Source of the DNA: Botryllus schlosseri
Taxonomy: Eukaryota
Length of the DNA stretch: 64,000 nt
Assembly: GCA_051294905.1 (NCBI GenBank)
Contig: CM119372.1
Coordinates: 10,232,001-10,296,000, forward strand
Direction: 5' to 3'
Position 1 is the stretch's first letter. Every line of letters starts with the position of its first letter. Under the pieces are notes generated by a model, which saw only the letters and a list, made by a program, of their open reading frames with translations, was not told the origin of the DNA and did not search any database. Positions 62,371 through 64,000 of the stretch are shown here, piece by piece. The position numbers and the translations under genes were made by a program.

Positions 62371-63316
62371 ACTTTGTTTTATGTTCCATCGCTGTTCCTG
62401 TGAAATACTTTACGCATGAAAGATTCTAATAGTAGTAGAAGAACGCCCCATCTCACAAACAGGGCAACGCATTTCGCGGGTACAAAATCCTCCCACGACA
62501 ACTTTTTGTGTCGCCATTAGCTAGGAAACGTTTCAAATAAGGCCGCAACACATATTCGTCGGTCACTATACGACTTGTACATGCAGAGTAGTCTATTTAG
62601 AAATTCCAACGGCATACCTCACACAGTAGACCAGTTCAAGACAAACGTCAAAGTAAATTCACGTCAGCACTATCGCATCACAAGATGTTGAACCATAAAA
62701 CCAACAAAGCTATTTTCAAATTCATGAATGAATACGTCGATAACATTGGTAATTGCACAAGCACATGTTACTAATAATTATTCATCCTTTCTCAGCCTAT
62801 GTTATCGGATTTACCGGCAAAGCTGATGAAGGGAGTGTCTTAGAAAATTTAGGACACATAAAATTAATGATCTTGCATCTTCGGACGGGCCCATTGTCTT
62901 TAATGACGTGGTTCCATGTTTTGATTTCTTGACTACCCATCAGGATTCCCGCCATAGGAATCGCCAAAACGTACCGAAAATAATTTTTTCGTCGATTCCA
63001 TATCTTTATTTCTCAATGAACCCTCTGCTGGCTATGCTATGCACGCCCTATTTGTACTGTGGCGCTAATATTTCAAGGATGTCACTGTTAGGCACCAGCG
63101 ATTTAGGCGCCTATGGACAATAGACAATATGGAGATGGAAATATTGAAGGATTGAGTCAACATGCCGAGGTCACCTTACGGAGGTGCATATTGACTAAAA
63201 CTTCGCATCTCTTGATTCGTCTTCGGGGCCTATAATAGTCTCTCATCACAGATTGGACAGTTGGACACCCTTAAAATAAGCATCCCATAAGTCCTCAATC
63301 GATATCAGGAATACAC

Positions 63317-63319
<3 letters not shown>

Positions 63320-63349
<30 letters not shown>
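63320..63349 (+). repeat. (CT)n microsatellite
   Basis: About 15 CT units; a shorter one lies at ~59427-59446. Confidence 0.95.
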
Positions 63350-63352
<3 letters not shown>

Positions 63353-64000
63353 AAGTTTAATAATTCTCCAAAAAAAACACTCTATACTTCATGTTGATTT
63401 ACAAAACGTTTGGTAAGGTGGTGATGGTGATATTTAAAAATCAGATCTATCTTTTATTTGATGGTGCAGCCCGATTTTCATTATGGTCGGGATGCTATCG
63501 TGATGTTCGCATCATCATTCCCGCGGTGGCTCGCATGTCGCCTCACCTCATTAACGCAGTCGTTATCAAGGAAATCATTTCTATGGCGTAATAACAACAC
63601 TGTCGCCTACGTTCATGGTCATCGCCACATCAACGGAGTCGCTTTAGTCTCGAGTTCTACTACGACAGCTGTTGAGCTGGACGCGTCATGTTAAGATCAA
63701 CTTTTGTCAGCGTAGATGCAGCATACCTTTTGCATATTCCATCAATGTAGTTAGGGTAAACAGGAAGCGATTTCAGTAACATATGGGTCTGTGGAAGTAT
63801 TGGGTTTACGGAACAGCTTGAATTTAAGCCAGTCTCAATCAAGACCAAAAGCAAGCAGTGCCAGTTAGATGCTCTTCATTAAGCGTACGGTGATGACAGA
63901 CGATGCACAGTGAATGCTCTTGCTATGCATGTCACTAGCGCTTCGGTAAGATAAGTAATCGACTTTGCTTGAACGCGAGAAGGCTTTTGTAAGACGAGCG

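Overview
Eukaryotic, intron-rich and transposon-rich animal DNA, with many 53-70 nt introns. It is probably an invertebrate deuterostome such as an ascidian; this is inferred, not proven. Two convergent multi-exon genes were reconstructed by hand. (1) On the + strand (918-9872) is a GATA4/5/6-class transcription factor of about 733 aa. Its C-terminal zinc finger is intact, but the N-terminal finger is strongly remodelled (C-X2-C-X18-C-X2-C, TPLWRR lost). (2) On the - strand (41913-24171) is a RIG-I-like receptor of about 1000 aa (2xCARD, DExH helicase, Zn-binding CTD). As given, it has an apparent +1 frameshift in a Hel2i exon and a stop-containing cassette exon just after the CARDs. The RLR locus is unusual in three ways: a 2.35-kb near-perfect palindrome lies in one intron; a ~10-kb foldback-like inverted repeat with minisatellite arms starts ~180 bp upstream of the ATG; and the spacer of that repeat holds a compact CRE + ISRE + kappaB-like motif cluster. 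The remainder is non-autonomous hAT elements and MITEs (several with perfect 8-bp TSDs), tRNA-derived SINEs, a decayed PIF/Harbinger transposase and microsatellites. Most ORFs in the supplied track are spurious.
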